64,000 bases of DNA from Asterionella formosa (Eukaryota): contig NKIB01012837.1 of NCBI GenBank assembly GCA_002256025.1, positions 1-64,000 on the forward strand. The letters are read 5' to 3'. Shown here piece by piece: positions 10,933 to 23,351 of this stretch. Made by a program: the position numbers and the translations under genes. How positions within the stretch are numbered: the stretch's first letter is position 1; every line of letters starts with the position of its first letter. Below the pieces are notes generated by a model. The model made no database searches, was not told where the DNA came from, and worked only from the letters and a program-made list of their open reading frames with translations.

Positions 10933-12349
10933 GGTGGAGTTCGGATTCTTGCCGATTTATTGTGACGGTATCAAAGGATTCGTTATGCTTCTTTACAGCA
11001 GCTGCCATCAAAGGTTGCATCATGCATGATATTGTGTTGGCTGTGTCTCGCTTGCTGGCTGTGCGTGGCTCTATTTATGTATTACCCTGGGCGCCTGGAA
11101 GGCCTGCCTGTGGTGCTCGTTTTATGCGCACTTATTCCATTTCGACCCAGTCCCGATGACTCATCCCATGCCTACTGGATGAGATAGTCTGGCTTTCCAT
11201 TCCAAACTCCCTTTGGTAATTTCAATAATGTTAAATTATCAATCATTAAATCCAAGTTGTGTTCTGATCATCAAAATTGTGTTCACCTACTACTACAACT
11301 GGTAATGGTATTCAGCAACAGGGAGATGGTTTACTAATGGAATTCACCAATCAGTAACTTCTAGTCATTATCAGCAAGTTCTAGTTGTTGTCAGCAGATT
11401 TCTAGTTGTATTTAGTCACCAACTGGATCAGTAATCATAAACGAAAGAGTCATTTTGAAAATATCATAGGACGACTACTATTAATTGATATTGTTACATA
11501 GAAAATTTGATTTGACCAACAGATTGCCATAGTGTAGAGTGTAGCATACTGTGAAAGTGTTAAATCTCATTGTAACTTCATTTTGAATTGTGCTTTATAT
11601 AAACTACATGAAGAATTGCGCCATCGGCGACTTGTTCAATTTTCGTTGTCAATAGTATTAGTGTTATTACATTTTTTTACGATTGTATTATCTATGTCAA
11701 GTTAGATATTTATGACCCCATCTCGTCTGGCAGGAATGAGAAAAATCATTGGAAGTGGGTCAAAATTGAAAAGGTTTGCATAAAATGTGCACTTCTAGAT
11801 TTTTCTGGAGGAACAAGAATACTTTCCTGGTAGCTAGTAGCTACAAGCAAGGAGTAGTACCTGGAAGACTATGGAGTACCTTGCACCCTGTACTCTGCCT
11901 GTACATAGTTTGATTTTTAATACTAACGGCATTATTGATTGAGGCAAGCAGGGAATACAACGAAATAATGAGTCGCTTGGTGTTGAGGTAAAAATATCTC
12001 AGACTGGCTGTCTATAGCATGCTGGCTGGCTGAACTCCATTGCGGCGGAGTAGGGCTGAAGCATTTTGGTGAGGTCAAACAATTCTAAAATTTTGTACAT
12101 CTAGCCACACCAGAACGAAAACAAAAAACAATTGATGCATACATAGGATTATTGTCCTATGATCAAATAAAAAGCATTGCCATCCCCAGTGCACTGGACT
12201 TATCACCCACATCCCAGTGTAGCTAGATCAACATTAACCTTCAGAATTCTTTCCCTGCACCAGGTAATAGAAGTCATCAGGTCCTATATATGGAATTATA
12301 TTATAATCTGTGTACTGATCAAAATGAGCCATATCTTTATAAGTAACTG

Positions 12350-12830
12350 CAGTGGTCAGTGATATTATACTGCAACAGTAATACTGCGGGTTTTATTCTG
12401 AGAAAGACAGTATAATGTTATACCATATTCAATTGCCAAACAGTTAGGTATTTCAATATTGAAACAACAGTATACCAGTATCCTGATACTGCTGCCAAAG
12501 CAGTATTCTTATTCTCACTACCTCACAATTTTTGGCCTACTAATGGCAGCTATTACAAAAGTGAAAATGCGGTGCTTTTTTCCCCTCTTTGGTGTTGCTT
12601 GCCTACATGCACACAAACAGGGATTTTGTGCTCCTATTCTTTGCAAGACACGGCCAGATTTTCTGTCAGATTCCTACATAACAGTATGCTGGCATGCTAG
12701 ACCAGTATACTGGTGAAATTTTAGAACAGTATGGTATTTGGAAAATGAAATGACAGTATCCTGGTATACTGATCCTGTGTCTGGAACAGTATCAGTATCC
12801 AATATTGCAGTATACTATCACCAACCACTG
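12350..12830. mobile_element. hAT-like non-autonomous element (MITE), 481 bp
   Basis: 27-bp imperfect TIRs cagtggtcagtgatattatactgcaac / attgcagtatactatcaccaaccactg (23/27 match). Near-identical 8-bp flanks agtaactg (12342-12349) and ggtaactg (12831-12838). Many internal cagtat/atactg motifs and no transposase ORF. Confidence 0.75.
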
Positions 12831-13055
12831 GGTAACTGATCATTGTTCTGATTGGCAAAATATACAGGGATCCCATCAATCATAGTACTTGGGTTCCGAC
12901 CCAAGCACGTCCTTCAATTGTATTTCTAAATAATTTTACTTTCATCATAATCCAGACCATTTCGAGAGTGCATCCCTAATCACATTTGTCGACTTCTGAG
13001 CAAACATCAATTACGCTAAAATACCAGACTCGTGAGTGGTGGACCATTGACTCAC

Positions 13056-13787
13056 CTACTCCATTTTTGGTGCAAGGGCCAAAATAGTGAACCTCATCTC
13101 ATCAGGGTCTCGATTCATGAACGTTTCGACTATCCTGCATGAGTCTTGGAGCAGGCTGAACTCTGACGTGCCTCCATGATACACAGGCCCCTTCTTCCTT
13201 CCATCCAACTCATAGAGCTCCCCATCTACATGCACCAGGGCAATGAAATGAGTAATAACATCATCATCACGTTCTCCCCGCAAGGTTTGGTTGCTAGAGT
13301 CTGTAGTTGCACTATCATGAAGGGTTTCAATGGTGGAATCTTCCTCAAGTCGCTCCGCTTTGCTGACTGGAGCTCGGTCAAGTGGACAATCCTGGTAGAA
13401 TTTACTCAACCAAGAGTCAGGCACAATCGACGCCGCCTTTATTCCTTCGGGAGTATTCAAGAGTGAGTGTAGCAGACCGATTGTTCCACAGGCGTTACCG
13501 ATACGTTGTTTGATAAACCACACTTTGGAGTCGCCATTTTCAGGAACGCCCGCGGCTTCGTCTCTTCGGTGCTGCTCCTGCACGTCTGTAAGAGGATACA
13601 ACATAATAACCGCGGCGACTGGCTGAGGAATCATTGACAGCGCCCATTCTTCAGTGGAATAAACATCGACAAACTCGTAATGACTAGTGTCAAAGCCCAA
13701 CTTTTGAACATAGGAATTCATTAGAGTTGGATTGCTCTCAAGAGGAAACCATTTCTTTGTTGTCGTTCCTTCCTTTGCGTCTGTCAT
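13056..13787 (-). CDS. Ubiquitin carboxyl-terminal hydrolase, peptidase C12 (UCH-L1/L3 type)
   Basis: WFPLESNP, QRIGNACGT (catalytic Cys), HFIAL (His) and ELDGR (Asp). Confidence 0.95.
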   Translation of the reverse strand: MTDAKEGTTTKKWFPLESNPTLMNSYVQKLGFDTSHYEFVDVYSTEEWALSMIPQPVAAVIMLYPLTDVQEQHRRDEAAGVPENGDSKVWFIKQRIGNACGTIGLLHSLLNTPEGIKAASIVPDSWLSKFYQDCPLDRAPVSKAERLEEDSTIETLHDSATTDSSNQTLRGERDDDVITHFIALVHVDGELYELDGRKKGPVYHGGTSEFSLLQDSCRIVETFMNRDPDEMRFTILALAPKME

Positions 13788-14246
13788 TTTTTACCAAGCA
13801 GTGCCTCTTCCTTGTTTGCTTGGTGAGTGTGTGTGAAAGAACAGCAAGTCAGTGTATTGTTGTTGGTTGAGAGCATCACAAAATGACGGTCGGAGTCAAC
13901 ACAGAGTGGTAAATAAACGTAAATGACGGATCATGTGCGAACAATTATACTACCGGTAGTGCGTACCGAAGTTTTGTGGAATACCTGTGACATACATCCC
14001 TACCGGTAAAGTAGTAAGTAATCATACATACGACATTTTGTAGTAGATGAGAGCTCTTTTTCTTTGTATCTTTCATTTTAGCTCTCCATGGAGGCATGCA
14101 TACCGATCGTTTTTACAGTGTGTATGGTATAAAATAAAAATGCTGGCACATCTTGGCTGCTGTCTCGCCTCCTCTGCTCTGAGCGATGTTACCGGTAGCA
14201 GTACATATCATCATTCTTCGTGCATATTTTGCCATGAAAGCCAAAA

Positions 14247-15359
14247 ATGTCATTCAACCACAACAATGTCCGCCTCCGCCACCATCAAACAACAACTTTC
14301 GCACAGCTTCGATCAGATAAGAACCAACTCTTCTTACTTGATGGTGGGACGGGCGAGGAACTCTTTCGACGAGGCGTTCCTAACGATCGGACCATTTGGA
14401 GTGCCATTGCCATTGTCGATCCTGTGAACCATGACACCTTGAAACAAGTACATGCATCATTTATTGAAGCTGGATCACAAGCCATTACAACCAACTCATA
14501 TGGATTCGGTATGGTATTTCAGAATGTTAATGAGCTTCAACAACATTTAGCCAAGGCCGGGGAACTGGCGAATGAAAGTGCCGGGGACAAGGAAGATGTC
14601 ATCGTCCTGGGCAGTCTGGGTCCACTTGTAGAAAGCTATCGGCCAGACAAAATTTTGAACCATGATTTAGGAGTGGAAAGGTATAGCAAGATGAAGGGGG
14701 CACTTATGCCGTACGTTGATGCATTCTTGGTGGAAACCATGTCATCGTTTGAGGAAAGTACACAAGCCATAGAGGCGGTGGGAGGCGACTTACCTCTGCT
14801 AGTGTCCTACACTTTGGATTCCAATGGTAACCTTCGAAGTAAGGAGCTTGTTACTTTTGGAATTTCTCGTTTGCTAGATTTTACAGCACTTCGAAATGTG
14901 GATTGTAAGTATGCTACTAGATATTTGCAAATGACCAGGTTCCAACAATGTCACGTGTGAAATCATATTATTAACCCATATTCCTGTTCATGATGATTGC
15001 CTCAAATAGTATTCGCAGTATTATTCAATTGTACTGAACCAGAGGCAATTACGATGGCTCTACAGGAAATTAAGACCGATCTTGAATTAACCAAACGCCT
15101 GTCAATGCGCGGCGTGTTGTTGGGAGCCTATGCTAATTGTTTGACTCCAGTTGCCCCAGATTGGTCGTTACAGGAATCAGATGGACCTCAACCAATGAGA
15201 AATGACTTGGATCCAGGAAGGTACTACAGTGAATTTGTCAAAGTATGGGTACAAGATTTTAATGTACAACTAATTGGCGGGTGCTGCGGCATAACACCAG
15301 AGCATATCAATTTTTTGCGAGAAAAGTTACAACGAGGAGCAAATGAAAAACATCTATAG
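14247..15359 (+). CDS. Homocysteine S-methyltransferase family protein
   Basis: Exons 14247-14904 and 15010-15359 (gtaagt...aatag). Motifs LLDGGTG, HxxFIxAG..ITTNSY, GSLGP, ETMS, and Zn ligands FNC and IGGCCG. Confidence 0.92.
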
Positions 15360-17651
15360 CTTGAATGAACTAGATTTTGGGGTTGTCTCCACCTTGCGCT
15401 TCTTCTTGTTTGAACCTCCATCACTGACCTTCTGCTCCACATCTTCCTGCATACGTCTGAAAAACTTTCCACTGGTACCATAATCCGCGTTGGCGTCTCG
15501 TTCTCCGGTGGTAATCTTTCCTTTGGCACGAGCCTCTGACAACTCCTCCCGAATCTTGCGCTTTTCATAGGGATTGTTGAGACCCAATCCAGGCTGTAAT
15601 CTTGAAATAAGCTTTTCGTCGGCCAGCTTCTCCTGTCGGGACTTTCTGCGAGCTGCCTTCTTGGCATTCCGAAGTCGCTTGCGTTCCGTCTAAAATAAAA
15701 GCAACAAATCAGAACATTTTTCTTAATATAAAATGCATGTACACATGAAGAGAGAATACAAACTTACCTGATCCATTTCAGTTTCACCGCGAAGAACAGC
15801 ATCTCTACCCTTCTTTCCGCCGTAAATCTCTTCTGGTGCAACACCTCGTGCGTTGCTGACATGGAGTGGCATGACCTCCTCCATAGCAATTGCTGGTTTG
15901 CTCACTGTTCTAACTTCGGCTTCGTCGGCGATTGGTCGCGGGGCAAAGTGATAGTTTGAGAGTGCGTCAAGTCTACTACAAAGACCAGCAAACAATGCCT
16001 TCATTTCGCTCTTGGCCTTTTCTTCCTCCGTTTCTCTTTCAACCGCATCGACGTCATAGCCTACTGCTTTTTTCAAGTATTCTCGCTCATAGAGTTCTCC
16101 TAAACCTAGTTTGGATTTTTCTTGACTGACCTCAGGGAGCTCACCGCGTTTCTTATTCCATGCGACGTCGGGTAGTTCTCTCGGCACAATATCGTCCCAA
16201 TCCTCAGCGAGGATTCGGCGTTTGATAACCTCTTCAATGTTTGCCGTATGCTCCACGGTAATTATGGGTGCCATTTTCGTAGTAACTTCAAATTCAGGAG
16301 TTGAATCCAGTAAGGAGTTAACAGGTCGAGAAGTTGACTTGCTCTCACCCGTCATTTGCCACGGTTTTTCTGCCAGCATTTCTTCCTCGAGTTCTTCTGT
16401 TTGGCGTGCAAGCTTGGTCTTTGCCTTTGACTGAATTTTGCTGTTGGCTGGAGCAGGAACTGGATCCTCGTCCTCGTCCTCCTTGTTATCCTCGTCCTCT
16501 GTATCGTTACTTTCATTGTGATCATTTGTTTCATTCCTCCAATCTTCGCCTTCTTCATCAAAATCGTGCCCGTCCCAAGAGTCCGCATCGTCATCATTAA
16601 ATCCATGCTTTTCTGTTTGGCGTTTTCCTTTTCCGGCACCTTTCTTCTTATCAAGGTATTTTTTGTCGGGTTTTCCAAACAAATCAGCAGCTGTCATATT
16701 GACAACACTATCCTCATCATCATCGTTGGGATGATTATACAAATCGAACAATGCCTCGACTTCATCGTCTTCACGATACTTCTTTCGTCGCACAGTGGAC
16801 TCTGTCTGAGGGAGGACGAAACCATCATCTTCATTTTCATCATCATCGTCGTCATCATCTTCATCGGATCCTGAATTAAAGTCGCCGTCTCGCTGTTTCT
16901 GATGAAAGGATTTCTTAGGTTCTACATCATCAGTCTCGTCAGGTTTCACTATGCCATAAGCATCGTCAGGCAAATATTCTTCCTCCTCATCGGCGAATTC
17001 TTCCATTTCTTGAATATCAAAAAAGCCGTCGTTCAGTTCTTCAGCAGCAGGATCAACGAGTGATTCCTGGTCCTTTTCTTGTTTCTTCATGTTTCCAGAT
17101 ACAATACTATCATTCTCATCATCCATGTCAGCCATGGCACGTTCCATTCGTTCTCTTATTCTCGTTGCCTCGGCATCATCATCATCTTCTTCTTCTTCGT
17201 CGGAATCGTCATCATCTGATTCAACCTCAGATGCACTTTCATCTTCTTGCTGTTCATCATTGCTCATAACTTCACCCATGTCTAAAAGCTTCACGTCTTG
17301 CACATTCCTTGTCAAATGCTTCAGAGATGACTTCAGCAGAGTGCGTAGACTTGCATTCTGCAAGTCGACTTGACCCCAAATAGTTTCGACGTCAATGGGA
17401 TCACTGTCATCTCCCAAGTAGAGCTGATCCAAACCAGAAAGCTCACCTGACGTCTTTAGTACAAGCTGTTGATGAATTTTACCTAATTTTTCGATTTGAG
17501 TAAAGAGTGCCTTGCACACGTTACGAAGAAGTTTCGTTTCAAACTCGGTGCCATGGTTCTTCGTTGCAAATAATAATGCCACCAGAGTATCTTCTGGTTG
17601 AGCCAGGAACTCGAGAAAGTCGGAAACTGGTGACTCTTGAATATCAGTCAT
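15354..17651 (-). CDS. MPP10: U3 snoRNP protein Mpp10
   Basis: Exons 17651-15768 and 15689-15354. Acidic central region and motifs ETIWGQVDLQN, DGFF, KPWQMTGE, RPVNSLL, IKRRI..EDWDD, KSKLGLGELYE, LDALSNYHFAP, PAIAMEE, APEE. C-terminus SSSFKL. Confidence 0.93.
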
Positions 17652-19900
17652 TATCAGTAAATCAGGAGTCCTAGTAAGTGCTATGGAGCCAGACGTTGAG
17701 AGCAAGAAGTGGAATTGCTTTCTCCTATATGGATGAGGCCTTGTTTAGTGCTGTAGTGTAGCTTCCCAGAGTGTCGTAGTAGGTGTCTGTGTTGAATGAT
17801 GGTATGATGATAACAACATCATGCATGCAACCCAAGAATGGAGGTGGACGAAGGAATTGCATGATGCATAATCTTATACCATGTATACCAGTACAAAAAT
17901 CCATCAATAGGGGACGAAATTAAAAAAATAGCACTCCTGCTTTCATAATTGGTGGTCCAACGATTACGTCTGTCCATCCCATCCTTGAATTTCAAGGAGG
18001 AGGATGACATTGTTGGATACTCACTTTCTCATTAGCCTTTTGACAGCCCACTGATGATGGTGACTGCGTGCACACATGCAAGGATCTGATTTTGTAAAAT
18101 TTCAATGCCCCCTTACAATAACAGAAAGTGTACTACTAAGCAAACTAAAAAATATCTGATCAAAGTCGTCCCCCCCAATCATTGTTGTTGCTTGCTTGTC
18201 CTTCTAGTAGGAGGGGTAGCTGGATGGTGGCTTTGCTACTGTGCAATGAAAGTTCACTCACCTCTTGGCAGTGTACGCTATTGAGTTTGACATGGCATTC
18301 AACAAAAAAAGAATGTCATTATGAGGGGTTGATCACAAGACACACCATTTACTGCTCCAATGACAATCTTTTGTAGGCTGGTGTCGAGACAAGGAGGTTC
18401 AAGAAAGCTTTTGATAAGGGTTATCTAAACTTTATGGGTGGCAAAGCAAGGTAGAATGAGAAATAAATGGATCAATTTCTCTTATGGGGATTGTAGCAAT
18501 GGTATGTTGCATATTGAATCTTTAAAATTTCAAGCAAATACTATATTTCAGGTTCTTCAACTTTATTTGGTGAGCAAAGTCAACTTTCATTAGCTACTTA
18601 CACTAGTACATTACGTACCCCCTCCCCCCTTTTTAATGGCTGATCAGCTAGTATTTTATGTTTCTTCAATACATCTTCATCAAGCTAGTCAATGGTCATG
18701 CTGTGATTACCAGTCCAACAGCAGCAAGTTTGCTACTACTAACCAAAACTAAAAGTTTGACATATAATATGGATGACAAGTTTGTCATCCTCAAAAAAGT
18801 ACATGTTGGGGCATTAAATCATGAGAAAACTTCAATATCCCATAAAATAAGGAATCAAATAATATGACTACTATTGTTCATGCATTAGACTTGCTCTTCG
18901 TTTTGATCTAGCATGCATAAAGAAGAGCAAGGGCACCACATTGGTTCCAAGCCATCAAGAGAAATAATAATATCACAGTCTCATAGTAGCTAATATTCAT
19001 ACTAGCTCACCAATAAATCCTTTCTGCAAATCTTAAGGTGCATAAATCTAGTGAAACTATAAAAAATCGTATTTGTAATGGACAGGAAAGTATTTGCAAT
19101 GTCTTTGCTTGTCTTGATCCCCAGCATAACTAGCTTCAAAAGAAAAGGAATGATTTCACACTTGATTCTGAGGAAAAAAACTGTCGGTATTGTATGATAT
19201 GATGACAAAACTGTCTATGCTGGTGATGTACTAATGTATAATATAAATACATATGTAATATAGAGTTAGTATAAAAACACAGCATGTCATGCCTATTCCA
19301 TCATAGCTTCACAGAGCCTTATTGGGAACTCAGTCCTCAGCATCATTCAGTACCTGATCCTCCCTCGCTCTGGGCGAAAATAATTCCGTCAAATCGCAGC
19401 GACTCAAATCCGAGCAGTTTATTTTTAGAACGGATTATGTAGAAAACATGACATTGTTCCTCTACACCAGCACAAGGGTTGACTTGCTCGAAAAATGAGG
19501 ATTTCTTTGTTTTTTAGATGTGAGCATAAACTTGCAATCACTAATTAAATTATTAGCCTCTAAATACATAAATTAATCGAAATCAATTTAGCATACACAT
19601 AATGATAGTAGCTTACATTTACATATCGCCAAACGTTGTTTTACATCGGCCAGCCACTCAAATATTTGCAGGAAACCGAATACAACATGCCACTATCATT
19701 ATTATATCATGAAGGGAATAGCTATTATTCAGTACATTTTCAGTAAATGTTCTACTTATTTCATATTTACATCAACCATACTACTACCGCAAATTATTTA
19801 ACGGTTCCAATTCTCAAAAAGTGCATTCCATCGTTTTCTTCCTTCCCATCATAGTCACTTTTGCGGTTGCGCATTCCATAATCGAAGGCAAGTTACACAT

Positions 19901-20087
19901 ACTAGGATCTGGCGAGAAACAGCAGAAAGGAACTTAGGTTTTTTAAACTATGCTATAAAACTAGAAATTTCTCGGGAAAATCACTTTATTTGGCATAGTA
20001 AAAACAAGTTTTGTTTCTGCAGTATCTCGCTAGAAGTAATATACTGGTACCATTTGAGAGGTCCTTATGTATCTAAATCGCCTTCAG
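19901..20087. repeat. Dispersed repeat family A, copy 2 (inverted relative to 2489-2677)
   Basis: taggat..gc.agaaa.agcagaaag.aactt.gg.ttttt...tgctataaa.ctagaaa...tggcatagtaaaaa...tttctgca...aatatact...tatgtat..aaatcgcc.tcag matches the reverse complement of copy 1. Confidence 0.8.
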
Positions 20088-22093
20088 CCCTATTGCTATG
20101 AAGGAAAGATACAAACTCTTGTCATTTTTGTTTACAATATTCTTTTATATATGCATTGACAAAACTCTAGCAAATCACATTGTCATTCTTCAATTTGGTG
20201 AATGAAAAAATTTAACCTCACTTGCTTATGTTAAGCGCTTTAAGACTAATATTTTGATAGAAGGGTAGACCGCATAGCTGAAGTAATTTTATACGTTTGT
20301 ACATAAAAAACGCTGAAGTACAGCCGTTATCTTTGGTTGGAGCATCTTGTAACATGTCGTCAATGCCTTGACCATGACAAAAATAGCGAATATCTAGAAC
20401 AACACTTTTCAATTTGGTCTGTATATCATACACAACATATAAAATACAATAGTAAAATAGTTATTCTGATAACACAAATATTAACAACGAAAATTAGAGA
20501 CGCAAATGGCACATTTTTTCATGAAGTTTATGGAAGCACAATTCAAAACAACGATGCTCTGAAAGGATTTGACCCAGTCACAGTATCTGCACAATCACTA
20601 CAATGACGACTTTAAGAATAACATGATAGAATGTAGGAAAATAAGTGAAAAAGCTATTTTTAACTAAGAATTGGTTGTTTGTATTGATGCCACAAATGGA
20701 TGTGTTGTGATCGATTCCGTGGGTTTCTTGACAATGCACCCATATTTGTGAAGGGAATTTCTTCGTCTTGCATGATGCACAAAAATCATAGCATGATTTG
20801 ATTGGCTTGCGGAAATTCCGGCAAGACAGAACTTTGTTGAACCTACACAAGATAATACTGGTATGTGTGTAGAAACATGTAAGTAAAGCTAAACAAAGAA
20901 AAAAGTATCAGGTACTCCTTCCTGGTACCAGGGTAGCGTGTTTGACTTGTGCTAATTTTCCGGCGCACAAGTGCGCCAAAAATTGGAAAATCAACTGATC
21001 ATAGAAACAGATTCAACCAAGAACAATAGTAGTAGTATCACCTTTTTTAAAACACATGTACCGGTATGTTTCAATCTATGGTGAATGCCAAAATCGACAT
21101 CATCATCCTGTCGCCCCATCTAAGTAAATCTAGTCGTGGCTGCGTACATTTGGGACGACCGAAGCACGGGACTTTACGATACGAGTAGTAACTAGGACCA
21201 GGCTCCGGCATTCGAACGACACGTAACTGGTAATTCCCTACCAGGTATCTGGTACCAACAGTATCCGACCACCAGTAAGGTCTGGGAAAAATACGTATTG
21301 TACTTTGGAAAAGATAATGCTATATATCTCGAATACCGGACCTTCCAGGTATACCAAGTACTGGTATTATTCTGCACATCTACCGGTACCTGTTACCATG
21401 TACCGGTATCTGAATTACCACCTAGAGTTAATACGCAAAGCAAATCTATTGTCGTATGTGCATTTGTATGAATAGCCACGATTCGTATGCCTCAAGAGAC
21501 ACTGTACGTAGCTTATGCGCGTAGAGGGAATTTTCAAGATTCTTGGTAGGTTCGAATCTTCGTAAAATCAGAAAAGGTTCACATTTCGTGCCACATCTAG
21601 TAAAATGTAAACCAAGGGACAATATACCAGATACTGCTGCACTCCGTAGTTTATTCCATGTAAACTACCGTATCACACTGCATTCTCCTGTGGGTTGAAG
21701 ACAAGTGTAACGTAATAAAGGTACCGGTACCGGTTATACTCTTGTTGTACTGTACGATTAATTATAATCAAGCAAGTATATGTGGAGAACTGTCCTTGAT
21801 GTTTTTAACATTCTTTTCATCACTCATCAACTCTGGCAGCGTTCGTCACTCATTTCCTTTTGAGGGCGACAAAATTTAGGCCCGTAAACCTTCAGACTTG
21901 AATCAACAGTATTGAGGAGAGGTTGAAGGTGCCAGCTTGCGTTTGCGGTCTGAGAAAGAAATCTCCCGAGACAAGTAACCCCCCCCCCCTGTCTCTGCAT
22001 TGAATCTGAATCGGGTAAGAAATTCAAATTCATTTTAGCAAATAGGCTAAAACACGCCGACAGTAAGCGGCGGACGGAGAGCTCGGTCATTAT

Positions 22094-22639
22094 ATGCAAG
22101 GACAAGGCTGCTCATCTATGCATCCTTTCGATGTGGACGCTCGTCCATGTTCAAACCCACAAATGAAGATTGAGGCCTGCAGTCCTGGCTCTCCTGGTAA
22201 ACAGTCAGGGTCAACGAGTCAGATGGTGTGCAATCCACAGAATGTCACTGCCCTACTATCAACGTGGACTATTGCTGGCAGTACGACAGATTCAAATGGG
22301 TCGAGCACAACAACCCGTGGCCGTCGTCGCTTTCGAAGACGGAGAAAATGTCTCCTTCTGCAAGGAATGGAAGTGCCCCTTAAATCTGCAAACATAGCTT
22401 CTGGGATCATGGAAGTAGAGTTCATCCACAAGGCTTGGGAGGCATGCTCACAAAAATGCGCCACTGAGGCTTGTGATGCAGACATTAGTTCGTTAAGTGA
22501 CTTTGGAGATTCGGCTGATGATGTAAGCTCAGATAATAATTCTGTTTCGTCGACATCAGGCACCAAGAATACCGCTTGGAGTGATTTTCGGCGTACACCA
22601 CACAAGTCTAATGTATCGAGGAAGTTGGGAGTTCTGTAG
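22094..22639 (+). CDS. Hypothetical Ser-rich protein with basic stretch (possible NLS)
   Basis: 181-aa ATG-started ORF, more GC-rich than its flanks, containing RGRRRFRRRRK. No family recognised. Confidence 0.4.
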   Translation: MQGQGCSSMHPFDVDARPCSNPQMKIEACSPGSPGKQSGSTSQMVCNPQNVTALLSTWTIAGSTTDSNGSSTTTRGRRRFRRRRKCLLLQGMEVPLKSANIASGIMEVEFIHKAWEACSQKCATEACDADISSLSDFGDSADDVSSDNNSVSSTSGTKNTAWSDFRRTPHKSNVSRKLGVL

Positions 22640-22874
22640 TGACGTTGCAATGAATTTCCATGTTTCCAATGAATGAATACTCTTGTGTATGGGAAGATCA
22701 AGCGAAGAACCAGAATTGTAATTTGTTTCCCTACTGCTGTTGCTCTACGAATCTCTCAAAACCAGCTAAATAGTATGTATGTGTCCCTCATATTTTCCTG
22801 AGTGAGGGCACCGACAAAATGGCAGATCGAAAACAAAAGGAGTGATAATTCTTGATTTTGAATCTTGACATTCC

Positions 22875-23351
22875 TTATCTGGAAAAAGTATCTTGCGTTT
22901 GCTTCTTTTTCTTATCTTTTTCCATACTATCCAGTAGCAACTCTTTCATCCGTTCGTCTCTTAGTTCCAAGAACTTGATTTCCGCAAGACCCACACCCAA
23001 CATTAGAGGGGTAAGAAGTAGCATTCCTCTGACTACTCGTCCCTGAAAAAGACCTCCAATGATACCTCCTCCACACACACCTCCCAAGCAATGAGATATC
23101 AGCAAGTCTCGTTTGTGTTCTTCTTTTGCTCCTGTCGCTTGATTGAACCTTTGAAGGGCAGCGTATGCCAAACTCTCCGAGCCAAAGCATGTAGTCCCCA
23201 CAAGGCAGCACGACGCTCCAGAAAAGCCTGCTGCCCTCAAAACAGGGCTGCCGGTATACATTGCTTTCATTCCTCCACCTAAAAATCCTGCAAATCCCAT
23301 CATGATCATGCGATTTCCTACTCGCTGCGATTCTCCTATAAAACCTTCCAT
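22875..23351 (-). CDS. Gly-rich multi-TM protein, possibly Tim17/Tim22/Tim23/NDUFA11 superfamily
   Basis: ATG at 23351 (MEGFIGESQ...). Four hydrophobic segments with GxxxG repeats (GFAGFLGGG, LGGVCGGGIIGGLF) and a charged C-terminal tail. Confidence 0.55.
   Translation of the reverse strand: MEGFIGESQRVGNRMIMMGFAGFLGGGMKAMYTGSPVLRAAGFSGASCCLVGTTCFGSESLAYAALQRFNQATGAKEEHKRDLLISHCLGGVCGGGIIGGLFQGRVVRGMLLLTPLMLGVGLAEIKFLELRDERMKELLLDSMEKDKKKKQTQDTFSR

Noticed and set aside
20960..20977. GC hairpin ggcgcac-aa-gtgcgcc as a possible Helitron 3' end or terminator
   Set aside because: No CTRR terminus at the expected distance. A 7-bp stem can occur by chance, and Rho-independent terminators are not relevant to nuclear DNA.
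17700..21800. Short ORFs in a 4-kb AT-rich gap, including the Cys/His-rich ORF 20578-20850
   Set aside because: No recognisable domain, non-ATG starts and no consistent exon chain. Probably decayed repeat DNA.
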